Shown here: positions 18,746 through 27,767 of the stretch, piece by piece
Layout of the letters: every line of letters starts with the position of its first letter
Numbering within the stretch: position 1 is the stretch's first letter
Origin: a candidate division WOR-3 bacterium
Lineage (GTDB): Bacteria > Hydrothermota > 32-111
Direction: 5' to 3'
Assembly: GCA_039804105.1 (NCBI GenBank)
Contig: JBDRZU010000001.1
Span: 32,001 to 96,000, forward strand
DNA length: 64,000 nucleotides
Notes under the pieces: generated by a model
Seen by the model: the letters and a program-made list of their open reading frames with translations, nothing else
Told to the model about the DNA's origin: nothing
Databases searched by the model: none
Position numbers and translations under genes: made by a program

Positions 18746-20190
18746 GTTATAAAGAATTTTTTAAAAGGATTGATGAAAATAAGGTTATTATTCCAAAAGG
18801 GTCCGTTGAAGGAATGAATGTTGATTGTGTAATTTTTGTTAACAGGGAACTCGAAAAAATAATTGAGGATGACTCAATAAAACAGATAATTAATGTTTCA
18901 AAATTACCTGGAATAGTAAAGAAAAGTATCGCTATGCCTGATATACATTCTGGATATGGTTTCCCTATCGGTGGAGTTGCAGCCTTTGATATAAAAGATG
19001 GAATCATTTCTCCAGGTGGAGTTGGATATGATATTAATTGTGGTGTTAGGTGTATTAAAACAAATTTAAAAAAGGATGAGATAAAAGATTCCGTAAAAGA
19101 ACTTTTGACAAAAATTTTTCTTGAAGTCCCATCGGGTGTTGGAAGCGATGGAAATGTTAAATTGAGTAAAGGTGACCTTAAAAAAATAGTTTTAAAAGGG
19201 GCGAAATGGGCTTTAGAAAATGGTTTCGGGGATGGTGAGGAAATAGATAGAATAGAATCTTCTGGATGTATAGATGGTGGAGATTATGAAAGTATAAGTG
19301 AGGAAGCATTTGAAAGAGGAATATCACAACAGGGCACTTTGGGAAGTGGGAACCATTTTCTTGAAATAGATTATGTTTCAAAAATTTTTGACCAAAATGT
19401 TGCTGAAAAATTTGGACTTTTTGAAAATCAAATCGTTATAATGTTGCATACTGGATCAAGAGGTTTTGGACATCAGATATGTACTGATTATGTTCTTTAT
19501 TTTTCAAAGGAGTTCAGAAAAGAAAGTAAAAGTTTACCTGATAAACAACTCGTTTATGCCCCATTCAGTTCAAATTCTGGTACGATGTATTATCAAGCGA
19601 TGGTTGGAGCTGCAAATTATGCATTTTGTAACAGACAGATAATTGGTCATCTGATAAAGAAAACGATTTTAAAATTTTTTAAAAGTTCAGGAAAAGATTT
19701 AAAAGTGGAACTTTTGTATGATATAGCTCACAACATTGCCAAAATCGAGGAGTATGAGATAGATGGTAAGAAGAAAAAACTTATTGTTCACAGAAAAGGT
19801 GCTACAAGATCTTTTCCGAAAGGATATCAACAACTCCCTTCCATTTATAGAGAAACAGGACAACCTGTTCTCATTCCTGGTGATATGATTTCAGGTGGAT
19901 ATATACTTGTTGGTGGAGAAAAGAGTGTTTATGAAAGTTTTTGTTCAACATGCCATGGAGCTGGAAGAACCTTATCGAGAAAACAGGCGATCAGGTTCTC
20001 AAAAAAAACTGATGTTTTTAAAAAGATAAAAGAAAGTGGAGTTTTTGTTTTATCACAGAGCAATCGAACAATTATTGAAGAGATACCTCAGGCTTATAAA
20101 AATGTTGATGATGTTATAGAAACTGTAAAAAACGCGGAACTCTCTTTACCTGTTGTAAAACTTTTACCTCTTGGTGTTATAAAAGGTTAA
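18742..20190 (+). CDS. rtcB: RNA-splicing/repair ligase RtcB (archaeal/eukaryote-like subtype)
   Basis: MPDIHSGYGFPIG, GYDINCG, GSGNHF, HTGSRG, HNIA, HRKGAT, HGAGR. Confidence 0.97.
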   Translation: MSYKEFFKRIDENKVIIPKGSVEGMNVDCVIFVNRELEKIIEDDSIKQIINVSKLPGIVKKSIAMPDIHSGYGFPIGGVAAFDIKDGIISPGGVGYDINCGVRCIKTNLKKDEIKDSVKELLTKIFLEVPSGVGSDGNVKLSKGDLKKIVLKGAKWALENGFGDGEEIDRIESSGCIDGGDYESISEEAFERGISQQGTLGSGNHFLEIDYVSKIFDQNVAEKFGLFENQIVIMLHTGSRGFGHQICTDYVLYFSKEFRKESKSLPDKQLVYAPFSSNSGTMYYQAMVGAANYAFCNRQIIGHLIKKTILKFFKSSGKDLKVELLYDIAHNIAKIEEYEIDGKKKKLIVHRKGATRSFPKGYQQLPSIYRETGQPVLIPGDMISGGYILVGGEKSVYESFCSTCHGAGRTLSRKQAIRFSKKTDVFKKIKESGVFVLSQSNRTIIEEIPQAYKNVDDVIETVKNAELSLPVVKLLPLGVIKG

Positions 20191-20194
20191 TTTA

Positions 20195-20222
20195 TTGACA
20201 TAATTATTTTTTTTGATAATAT
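20195..20222 (+). promoter_or_regulatory. sigma70 promoter of the decarboxylase operon
   Basis: TTGACA-N16-TAATAT with an extended TG; AAGGAG RBS. Confidence 0.55.
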
Positions 20223-20256
20223 TTAATTCTAATTATAAATTGAGAAAGGAGTTAAA

Positions 20257-21807
20257 ATGACTCTTGAAGAAAAATTGTTAAATCTTAAAAATAAAAGGGA
20301 AAAAGCTTTACTTGGTGGTGGTGAGGAAAGAATAAAAAAACAACATGAGAAAGGTAAACTCACTGCAAGAGAAAGGATCAATATTTTACTTGATGAAGGA
20401 TCGTTTGAAGAGTTTGATATGTTCGTTGAGCACAGATGTACAAATTTTGGAATTGATAAAACGAAGATACCAGGTGATGGAGTTGTTACAGGGTATGGCA
20501 CTATAGATGGAAGGCCTGTTTTCGTTTTTTCTCAGGATTTTACTGTTTTTGGTGGTTCTCTATCAGAAACTTTTGCAGAAAAGATCTGTAAAATTATGGA
20601 CATGGCTGCAAAAAATGGGGTTCCTGTTATCGGACTTAACGATTCAGGTGGAGCGAGGATCCAGGAGGGAATTGAATCTTTAGCAGGTTATGCGGAAATA
20701 TTTTTGAGAAATGTTATGTATTCCGGTGTGATTCCGCAGATATCAGCTATAATGGGCCCCTGTGCTGGCGGTGCAGTTTATTCTCCTGCTATAACAGATT
20801 TTATCTTTATGGTTAAAAAAACTTCCTATATGTTTTTAACTGGTCCCAAGGTTGTAAAAACAGTAACGAATGAGGATGTTGATGAGGAATCACTTGGGGG
20901 TGCTTCAATACATTCAACGAAATCTGGTGTCGCACATTTTGTTTTTGATTCTGACGAAGAAGTTTTAAAGAATATTAGAAAACTTTTCTCTTTTCTCCCT
21001 TTGAATAATAAAGAAAATCCACCCGTGATAAAAAATGATGATCCGATTAACAGAGAAGATATAAGGTTGAATACGATTGTTCCAGACAATCCGAATAAAC
21101 CTTATGATATAAAAGAGATCATTAACATCATAGTTGATAATGGAGATTTCTTTGAAGTACAGCCATATTTTGCTACAAACCTTGTGATAGGTTTTGCAAG
21201 ATTTAACGGAAGACCTGTTGGGATAGTTGCAAACCAACCGAAATCACTTGCAGGAGTTCTTGATATCAATGCATCTGAAAAAGGGGCAAGATTTGTCAGG
21301 TTCTGTGACGCTTTTAACATACCACTTGTAATACTTGAAGATGTTCCGGGATTTTTACCTGGTACTCAACAGGAATATGGAGGAATAATAAAAAGTGGAG
21401 CAAAACTCCTTTATGCTTTTGCAGAAGCAACGGTTCCAAAGATCACAATAATTTTAAGAAAGGCGTACGGTGGTGCCTATTGTGTTATGTCCTCAAAACA
21501 CATAAGAGGTGACATAAATTATGCCTGGCCAACAGCTGAGATTGCTGTTATGGGGCCTAAAGGTGCAGTTGAAATAATTTTTGCAAAAGAGATAATGAAG
21601 GCCGAAAACAAAGAGGAAGCTGAAGAAAAATTTGAAGCGGAATACAGAGAAAAATTCGCTAATCCTTATTCAGCTGCGGTTAGAGGTTATATAGAAGATG
21701 TTATAGAACCAAAAACGACAAGGTTCAGGATAATAAGAGCATTAGAACTCTGTAAAAACAAGATGGATACAAATCCACCCAGAAAACATGGAAACATACC
21801 ATTATAA
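20257..21807 (+). CDS. mmdA: Acyl-CoA carboxyltransferase; methylmalonyl-CoA decarboxylase alpha subunit
   Basis: [45 protein letters not shown]; operon with Na+ pump subunits. Confidence 0.9.
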   Translation: MTLEEKLLNLKNKREKALLGGGEERIKKQHEKGKLTARERINILLDEGSFEEFDMFVEHRCTNFGIDKTKIPGDGVVTGYGTIDGRPVFVFSQDFTVFGGSLSETFAEKICKIMDMAAKNGVPVIGLNDSGGARIQEGIESLAGYAEIFLRNVMYSGVIPQISAIMGPCAGGAVYSPAITDFIFMVKKTSYMFLTGPKVVKTVTNEDVDEESLGGASIHSTKSGVAHFVFDSDEEVLKNIRKLFSFLPLNNKENPPVIKNDDPINREDIRLNTIVPDNPNKPYDIKEIINIIVDNGDFFEVQPYFATNLVIGFARFNGRPVGIVANQPKSLAGVLDINASEKGARFVRFCDAFNIPLVILEDVPGFLPGTQQEYGGIIKSGAKLLYAFAEATVPKITIILRKAYGGAYCVMSSKHIRGDINYAWPTAEIAVMGPKGAVEIIFAKEIMKAENKEEAEEKFEAEYREKFANPYSAAVRGYIEDVIEPKTTRFRIIRALELCKNKMDTNPPRKHGNIPL

Positions 21808-21812
21808 AAATT

Positions 21813-22214
21813 ATGAAAAAGTTTAAACTAAAATTCATCGTTACCCTTTTTGTTTTTAATCTAGTTTTTTTTCTTTCCGGTTCAGAGACAGGGGATATAG
21901 AAGTTAATCCATATTTTCTTCCAGTTGTTGGGATTGTAGCAGTTTTTAGTGGACTTATATTAATACAAATTTTTATAAACATTTTGAAAAAAGCTTTAAA
22001 CCCCCCACAGAAAGGTTTCAAAGATAAAAAGGTGGAAGATTTCAACAAAAGTATTCTTGAAAAGATTGAACTTGATGAAGAGGAGTTGGTTGCGATATCA
22101 ACAGCTCTTGTACTTGAGTACAAACTTCATCATACATTGTCAAAGGATAAATTAACAATAAAATGGGAGGATAAACCTCCATATTGGTTTTATGCAAGGA
22201 GTAAAAATGGGTGA
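21813..22214 (+). CDS. mmdD: Na+-translocating decarboxylase delta subunit (OadG/MmdD family)
   Basis: TM helix VVGIVAVFSGLILI, EELVAISTAL motif, position in operon. Confidence 0.72.
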   Translation: MKKFKLKFIVTLFVFNLVFFLSGSETGDIEVNPYFLPVVGIVAVFSGLILIQIFINILKKALNPPQKGFKDKKVEDFNKSILEKIELDEEELVAISTALVLEYKLHHTLSKDKLTIKWEDKPPYWFYARSKNG

Positions 22215-22638
22215 ATATGTTTTTAATATAAACGGTAAAGATTATAAAGTAAAGGTAAACTCTCTTGAAGAAAATGTTGCAGATATAGAGATTAACGGTA
22301 AAAATTATAAGGTGAATTTCAGGCAGATAGGAAGCGTTGATCAAACTGCAAAAAAGGTCCTACCTTCACAATCACCTGATAAACCTATATTACAAAGTGA
22401 GAAGAAAAGTGAAGGAGAATCTGTGAAAAAAGTTCTTGCTCCGCTTCCTGGGGTTGTTTTGAATGTTTTGGTAAAAGAAGGTGATCATGTTAAAGAAGGT
22501 CAAGATCTTTTGATTATGGAAGCGATGAAAATGGAAAATGCTATACATTCTCCATATTCTGGAAAGATTTTAAAAATCAATGTAAAGAAAGATGATACGA
22601 TATCTGAAGGAGATATACTCGTTGAGATAGGAGAATAA
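22207..22638 (+). CDS. mmdC: Biotin carboxyl carrier (gamma subunit)
   Basis: EAMKM biotinylation motif; INGKxYxV repeats; start ATG 22207 behind AAGGAG. Confidence 0.92.
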   Translation: MGEYVFNINGKDYKVKVNSLEENVADIEINGKNYKVNFRQIGSVDQTAKKVLPSQSPDKPILQSEKKSEGESVKKVLAPLPGVVLNVLVKEGDHVKEGQDLLIMEAMKMENAIHSPYSGKILKINVKKDDTISEGDILVEIGE

Positions 22639-22641
22639 AAA

Positions 22642-23778
22642 ATGGCCCATATCTTTAAAACTTTTTTTTCGATGACAGGTTTTGCTAATCTTGATTATAG
22701 ATATCTTGTGATGATTTTTGTAGGAATTTTTTTCATATACCTTGCTGTTACCAAAGAGTATGAACCACTACTACTTCTGCCTATAGGTTTTGGAATACTC
22801 ATTGGTAACATACCTATAATGTTAGGTTTAAAGATCGGGATCTATGAAAGTGGAAGTGTATTGAATTATCTTTATTTTGGAGTTTTACAGGGAATTTATC
22901 CACCATTGATTTTTCTTGGAATAGGAGCGATGACCGATTTTTCAAATCTTTTATCGAATCCAAAAACTCTACTTCTTGGGGCAGCAGCACAACTAGGAAT
23001 TTTTACCACTTTTATAGGAGCTTATCTTTTAGGATTCACCCTTCCAGAGGCAGGTTCTATCGGAATCATCGGTGGTGCTGATGGTCCAACAGCAATATTT
23101 TTAACTTCAAAACTTGCCCCAAAACTTTTAGGACCGATTGCAATAGCAGCATATTCATATATGGCACTCGTTCCAGTTATTCAACCACCAATCATGATGC
23201 TTTTGACAACAAAAAAGGAAAGGTTGATAAGAATGAAGAAACCAAGGCCTGTTAAAAAAACTGAAAAGATAATTTTTCCGATTGCGGGTTTTATCATAAC
23301 AGCAATGATAGTCCCAGCAGCGATACCTCTTTTGGGAATGTTGTTCTTTGGGAATCTTTTGAGAGAGAGTGGAGTAACAACAAGGTTAGCAAAAACCGCA
23401 TCATCTGCTCTTATAGATATATGTACCATTATGATAGGAATATGTGTTGGTGCATCGACACAAGCTGATGTTTTTCTAACATCACAATCGATAAAGATTT
23501 TTATTCTCGGTGCTCTTGCTTTTGCGTTCTCTTCAGCAGGTGGAATACTTTTCGCAAAATTTTTGAATCTGTTTTTAAAACCTGAAGATAAGATAAATCC
23601 CTTAATCGGTTCTGCAGGTGTTTCAGCTGTTCCCGATTCTGCAAGAGTTTCAGAAATGATGGGACTTAAAGATGATCCTGAAAACCATCTCTTGATGCAC
23701 GCAATGGGACCGAATGTCGCAGGTGTTATTGGTTCAGCAATAGCAGCAGGAATCTTATTATCATTCTTTTTAAAATAA
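22642..23778 (+). CDS. mmdB: Na+-translocating decarboxylase beta subunit
   Basis: EPLLLLPIGFG, IGIIGGADGPT, AYSYMAL, AMGPNVAGVIGSA. Confidence 0.95.
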   Translation: MAHIFKTFFSMTGFANLDYRYLVMIFVGIFFIYLAVTKEYEPLLLLPIGFGILIGNIPIMLGLKIGIYESGSVLNYLYFGVLQGIYPPLIFLGIGAMTDFSNLLSNPKTLLLGAAAQLGIFTTFIGAYLLGFTLPEAGSIGIIGGADGPTAIFLTSKLAPKLLGPIAIAAYSYMALVPVIQPPIMMLLTTKKERLIRMKKPRPVKKTEKIIFPIAGFIITAMIVPAAIPLLGMLFFGNLLRESGVTTRLAKTASSALIDICTIMIGICVGASTQADVFLTSQSIKIFILGALAFAFSSAGGILFAKFLNLFLKPEDKINPLIGSAGVSAVPDSARVSEMMGLKDDPENHLLMHAMGPNVAGVIGSAIAAGILLSFFLK

Positions 23779-23782
23779 GTTA

Positions 23783-23811
23783 TTGTCAACATCCATAATT
23801 TTTAATATAAT
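23783..23811 (+). promoter_or_regulatory. sigma70 promoter (leaderless) for the kinase/regulator pair
   Basis: TTGTCA-N17-TATAAT, 6 nt to ATG. Confidence 0.65.
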
Positions 23812-23817
23812 TAAAAA

Positions 23818-25215
23818 ATGGAATTTAAATCGATTTTAGGGAAAAGGGTCTTTCTTTCAATATTTTTAATTTTTTTGATTCTATCGGATATAATATTTTC
23901 AATCTATCTTAATGTTATTATAAGTTATTATGAAAACGATTATCTAACAGACAATTATAAAAAAATCACCGATTTTAAAAAAAGATATGATAAAGAGTTT
24001 TCCGATTTCAATTCTTTACAAGAATTTCTTTTGAAGAAACAAGATTTTTTTCAAAAGGATTTAAACTCTTTGAATCTCCACTCATATTTTATAACCGATT
24101 CTTCACTTTATCCTTTTATAGTTTCAAAAAATTTTATTTTCAAGGAGAGTCAGATAAGATATTTTTTACTTCCCCTTTTAAAAGAGAATATCAGTATGAG
24201 GTTCTTTTTTAAAGATCTCGATATTTATACCTCTAAAATCACCAATGGAAAGAATAAAGATTTTTTTATGATATTAAATTTTAAAAGTAACAACTATTTT
24301 TTGAAAAGAATCCTTTTTTACTTTTTGATCTATAAATTTATACTTCTGATTTTAACTGTGATAAGTATCGTATCGTTGTTGAAAAGTATAGAAAGACCAA
24401 TAGAAAAAATGAAGGATATAGTTAAACTTGTAGGAATGGATCTTAACTACGATAATCCTGACAGTTTTGTAAAAGTTTTTAAGGACTCACTTGAAAATCT
24501 TGTTGAGACTCAAAGAATTGAAAAGGACGCTAACATAATTTTAAAAAATAAAATAAAAGAATTGGAAGAGAATTACAGTTTAAGAGAAAGTTTATTGAAA
24601 CTGTCAGAGATAACATCAGGAATTGCACACCAGTTAAACAATAACCTTGGCTCCACAATAGGACTTTTGCAAAAAGGTCTCGAAAACAATGATATGGATC
24701 TTGTAAAAACTGTTATTGAAGATTTGAAAAAACTTTCTTTGTTCACAAAAAAATTTATCGAATTTTCAAAGGATGAAAAACCATATTTTGTTGAAGTAGA
24801 TTTAAAGGAAATATTGAAAAATGTTGTTGAAAGATTTCCACTTGAATATGTTGAAGATTTTCCTGAAGAAAGTGTTATGATAAATACAGACCCTGTTCTG
24901 TTTGAACAGGTTCTATTTAACATCTTCGACAACATCGATAAATACTCTCAAGGGAAGAAAGTAGAACTTGTAATAAAGAATCTGATTGAAAAAATTGAAT
25001 TAGAGATAAAAGATTCTGGTCCAGGTTTTCCCAAAAATATTCTTGAAAAACTTTATAGTCCGTTCAATGCTGATGCGAAAGGAACTGGACTTGGAATTCC
25101 TACGATAATAAAGATTTGCACTATACTTGATATAGATTATATTTTTTCAAATTTTAACAATAGAGGCAAAATTGTTCTCATTTTCAAAAATGAAAAAAAG
25201 AATTCTGATCGTTGA
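23818..25215 (+). CDS. Sensor histidine kinase
   Basis: Two TM segments flanking a periplasmic domain; H-box GIAHQLNN; N-box QVLFNIFDN; G1 DSGPG; G2 GTGLG. Confidence 0.9.
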   Translation: MEFKSILGKRVFLSIFLIFLILSDIIFSIYLNVIISYYENDYLTDNYKKITDFKKRYDKEFSDFNSLQEFLLKKQDFFQKDLNSLNLHSYFITDSSLYPFIVSKNFIFKESQIRYFLLPLLKENISMRFFFKDLDIYTSKITNGKNKDFFMILNFKSNNYFLKRILFYFLIYKFILLILTVISIVSLLKSIERPIEKMKDIVKLVGMDLNYDNPDSFVKVFKDSLENLVETQRIEKDANIILKNKIKELEENYSLRESLLKLSEITSGIAHQLNNNLGSTIGLLQKGLENNDMDLVKTVIEDLKKLSLFTKKFIEFSKDEKPYFVEVDLKEILKNVVERFPLEYVEDFPEESVMINTDPVLFEQVLFNIFDNIDKYSQGKKVELVIKNLIEKIELEIKDSGPGFPKNILEKLYSPFNADAKGTGLGIPTIIKICTILDIDYIFSNFNNRGKIVLIFKNEKKNSDR

Positions 25216-26467
25216 AGACAATACATCGTTTAGAATCTTTCTTAAGGAAAGCTTAAAGGAAGATTATGATATAGATGAAGTAAAATCGGTTGCTGAATTT
25301 GATCATATATTTGCGAAATTCAAGTATTCTCTTGTAATACTTGATATCAAATTACCAGATGGCAGCGGAGTTGATGTGTTGAAAAAGATAAAGAACATAG
25401 ATGATCAGGTTAAAGTGGTTATACTTACTGCTTATGGTGATATTCCTCTTGCAATCGAATGTATAAAAAAAGGAGCAATCGATTTTTGGCAAAAACCTAT
25501 AGATTATGATGTTTTGAAGAAAAAAGTGAAAAATATTTTGAAGGATACTCTTTTTAATGAAATTGAAAAAGAATATGTTGGGATTTCAAAAAATAGTTGT
25601 GAGATAAGAGAAAATATAATGCAGTGTTCTTCAAGTGATGTGAGTGTGATAATCGTTGGACCTGTTGGCTCTGGAAAAACGCTTGTATCTGAACTTATAC
25701 ATAAGTATTCCAACAGAAAAGAGAAAAATCTTATAGAGATAGATCTGGCTTCCTTTAACAGGAATCTTATCGAAAGTGAACTCTTTGGTGTGGCGAAGGG
25801 AGCATTTACAGGTGCTTACATATCAAGAGATGGTCTTTTAAAAAAATCGTATGGGGGAACAATTGTTTTAAAAAATATTGAAGAAGTTGATTTTGTGATA
25901 CAGGGAAAAATTTTGAGATTTCTTGATACAAAATCTTTTTATCCTGTTGGTTCAAACAGAGAAGAAAAAATTGATGTAAGAATAATTTCTGTTTTTTCTG
26001 AAGAACCTGAAAACCTTGTTGAAAAGAACTTGCTAAGAAAAGATCTTTTGTTCAGATTGAATGTTTACAGAATAAAAATTTTACCTTTAAAGGAAAGAAA
26101 AGAGGATATTCCAGTTTTGGCAGATTTTTTGACTGAAAAAGTTAGTAAAAGGTTATCTTTGAGAAAAAGAAGTGATTATGATTCTTTTGTTGAAAAAATA
26201 TTGGGATTTGAGTTTGAAGGGAATGTTAAAGAACTTGAAAACCTTATTGAAAACTATCTTTTAAAAAAGGATTTTGAATTGAACCTTAATGAAACAAAAT
26301 TTGGATTAAAAGATCTTGTAAAAGAAAAAACGGAGGAATTTGAAAAAGAAGAAATTTTGAAAACTCTAAAATTGGTCAACTGGAATAAAATGAAAGCAGC
26401 AAAAGTTTTAAAGATAAGTTATAGAAGTTTACTTGACAAAATCAAGGAGTATAAAATTGAGAAATAA
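25190..26467 (+). CDS. NtrC-family sigma54 response regulator (degenerate AAA+)
   Basis: REC (VEDN, LDIKLPD), GPVGSGKT, ESELFG..KGAFTGA, Fis-type HTH; Walker B reads IVLKNI. Confidence 0.88.
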   Translation: MKKRILIVEDNTSFRIFLKESLKEDYDIDEVKSVAEFDHIFAKFKYSLVILDIKLPDGSGVDVLKKIKNIDDQVKVVILTAYGDIPLAIECIKKGAIDFWQKPIDYDVLKKKVKNILKDTLFNEIEKEYVGISKNSCEIRENIMQCSSSDVSVIIVGPVGSGKTLVSELIHKYSNRKEKNLIEIDLASFNRNLIESELFGVAKGAFTGAYISRDGLLKKSYGGTIVLKNIEEVDFVIQGKILRFLDTKSFYPVGSNREEKIDVRIISVFSEEPENLVEKNLLRKDLLFRLNVYRIKILPLKERKEDIPVLADFLTEKVSKRLSLRKRSDYDSFVEKILGFEFEGNVKELENLIENYLLKKDFELNLNETKFGLKDLVKEKTEEFEKEEILKTLKLVNWNKMKAAKVLKISYRSLLDKIKEYKIEK

Positions 26468-27767
26468 AAATTTTATACTTAAAAATGTAAGATATCACGA
26501 TACATTAAGAAATTCAATTGTTTTCAGAGAGAAGATTTATATAAAGGATGGGAAATTTTCATTTGATGTTGATGAAGGAGAATGTAAAGGTTTCATACTT
26601 TTTGATTGTTCAAAGTTTTTACTTTTCCCATCGTTTGTGCAAATACACACCCATATCTGTCAAAATCTTGCAAAAGGTTTTGCAGAAGAGATGGGACTAT
26701 ATGAATGGTTACAGAAGAGGATAATCCCTTATGAAAGAAAATTAAAGAAGGATATATTATCATTATCTTGTAAACTTTCCCTTTATGAACTTATAGATTC
26801 AGGAACAACAACTATATTAGATATGGGAACTTTTGAAAATCAGGAAACGGTTTTTGATGAGATAGAAAATTCAAATATAAGGGGATTTTCAGGTAATGTC
26901 TTTATGGATAGAAAGTTTGGAGGTTTTAAAACTGAGGTAGAAAGATATGAAGGTTATACGAAAGATTTGTTTGAAAGAATAAAGGATTACAAAAATGTAA
27001 AGTATGTGTTATGCCCAAGATTTGTTCCAGGTGTTACAAAGGAAGGAATAAAAACACTTTTAAAATTGAGAGATAAATATGATCTTTTTATCCATACACA
27101 TTCTTCTGAAACTTTACAGGAGAATCTTTTTACATTAAACCGGTACAATATGTCAAATGTGGAATTCTTTGATGGATCAGGACTCTTTGAAGGTAATGTT
27201 ATTCTTGCACACTGTATTTTTTTAAACAAAAATGATATCGAAATTTTAAAGAAAAAAAAGGTTAACATTGCACATTGTCCTTCTGCGAATGGAAAATTGA
27301 AAAATGGGATCGCTGATATTACAAGTTTTTGTGAACAAAAGATAAATGTTGGTTTAGGATCGGATGGTGCTCCATGTAACAACAATATGAATCAAATATT
27401 TGAAATGAGATTAGCAAAACTTTTTCAAAACATTAAGTATGGAGAAAAAGGGATATCATCCGCAAAAATTTTTCAAATGGCAACGATAAATGGTGCTAAG
27501 GCGCTTAAACTCGAAAATAATCTTGGATTCATTAAAGATGGGTTTGATGCTGATTTTATTTTGGTAGAAGATGATGTAAATGTTTCTTCTTTTGTTGTGG
27601 ATCCAGCTTCATCGTTTATGTTTTCAATCTATCCTGAAAATATCAAATATGTTTTTTCAAAAGGGAAACCTTTAAAGTATAATGGTAAAGTTCTTGCATA
27701 CGATAAAGATGATCTTTTAAAAGAAAGAAAAAAAATTTTAAAATACCTTTTTTCTAACAGGTTTTGA
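26457..27767 (+). CDS. Amidohydrolase, MtaD/5'-deoxyadenosine deaminase/AtzA-like
   Basis: QIHTHICQ, HTHSSE, LAHC, HCPSAN, GSDG..CNN; TTG start at 26457 behind AAGGAG. Confidence 0.85.
   Translation: MRNKNFILKNVRYHDTLRNSIVFREKIYIKDGKFSFDVDEGECKGFILFDCSKFLLFPSFVQIHTHICQNLAKGFAEEMGLYEWLQKRIIPYERKLKKDILSLSCKLSLYELIDSGTTTILDMGTFENQETVFDEIENSNIRGFSGNVFMDRKFGGFKTEVERYEGYTKDLFERIKDYKNVKYVLCPRFVPGVTKEGIKTLLKLRDKYDLFIHTHSSETLQENLFTLNRYNMSNVEFFDGSGLFEGNVILAHCIFLNKNDIEILKKKKVNIAHCPSANGKLKNGIADITSFCEQKINVGLGSDGAPCNNNMNQIFEMRLAKLFQNIKYGEKGISSAKIFQMATINGAKALKLENNLGFIKDGFDADFILVEDDVNVSSFVVDPASSFMFSIYPENIKYVFSKGKPLKYNGKVLAYDKDDLLKERKKILKYLFSNRF

Noticed and set aside
23181..23792. 203-aa antisense ORF inside mmdB
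   Set aside because: Shadow of a well-conserved gene; no RBS or motif
26457..27767. Amidohydrolase as the missing HutF
   Set aside because: Motifs (HTHICQ, GSDG..CNN) fit the MtaD/deoxyadenosine deaminase group better than HutF, and it is unlinked to hut
27738..27767. 30-nt convergent overlap of amidohydrolase and usher-like gene as antisense regulation
   Set aside because: Short tail-to-tail overlaps are ordinary in compact genomes (another occurs at 44004-44010); no further evidence
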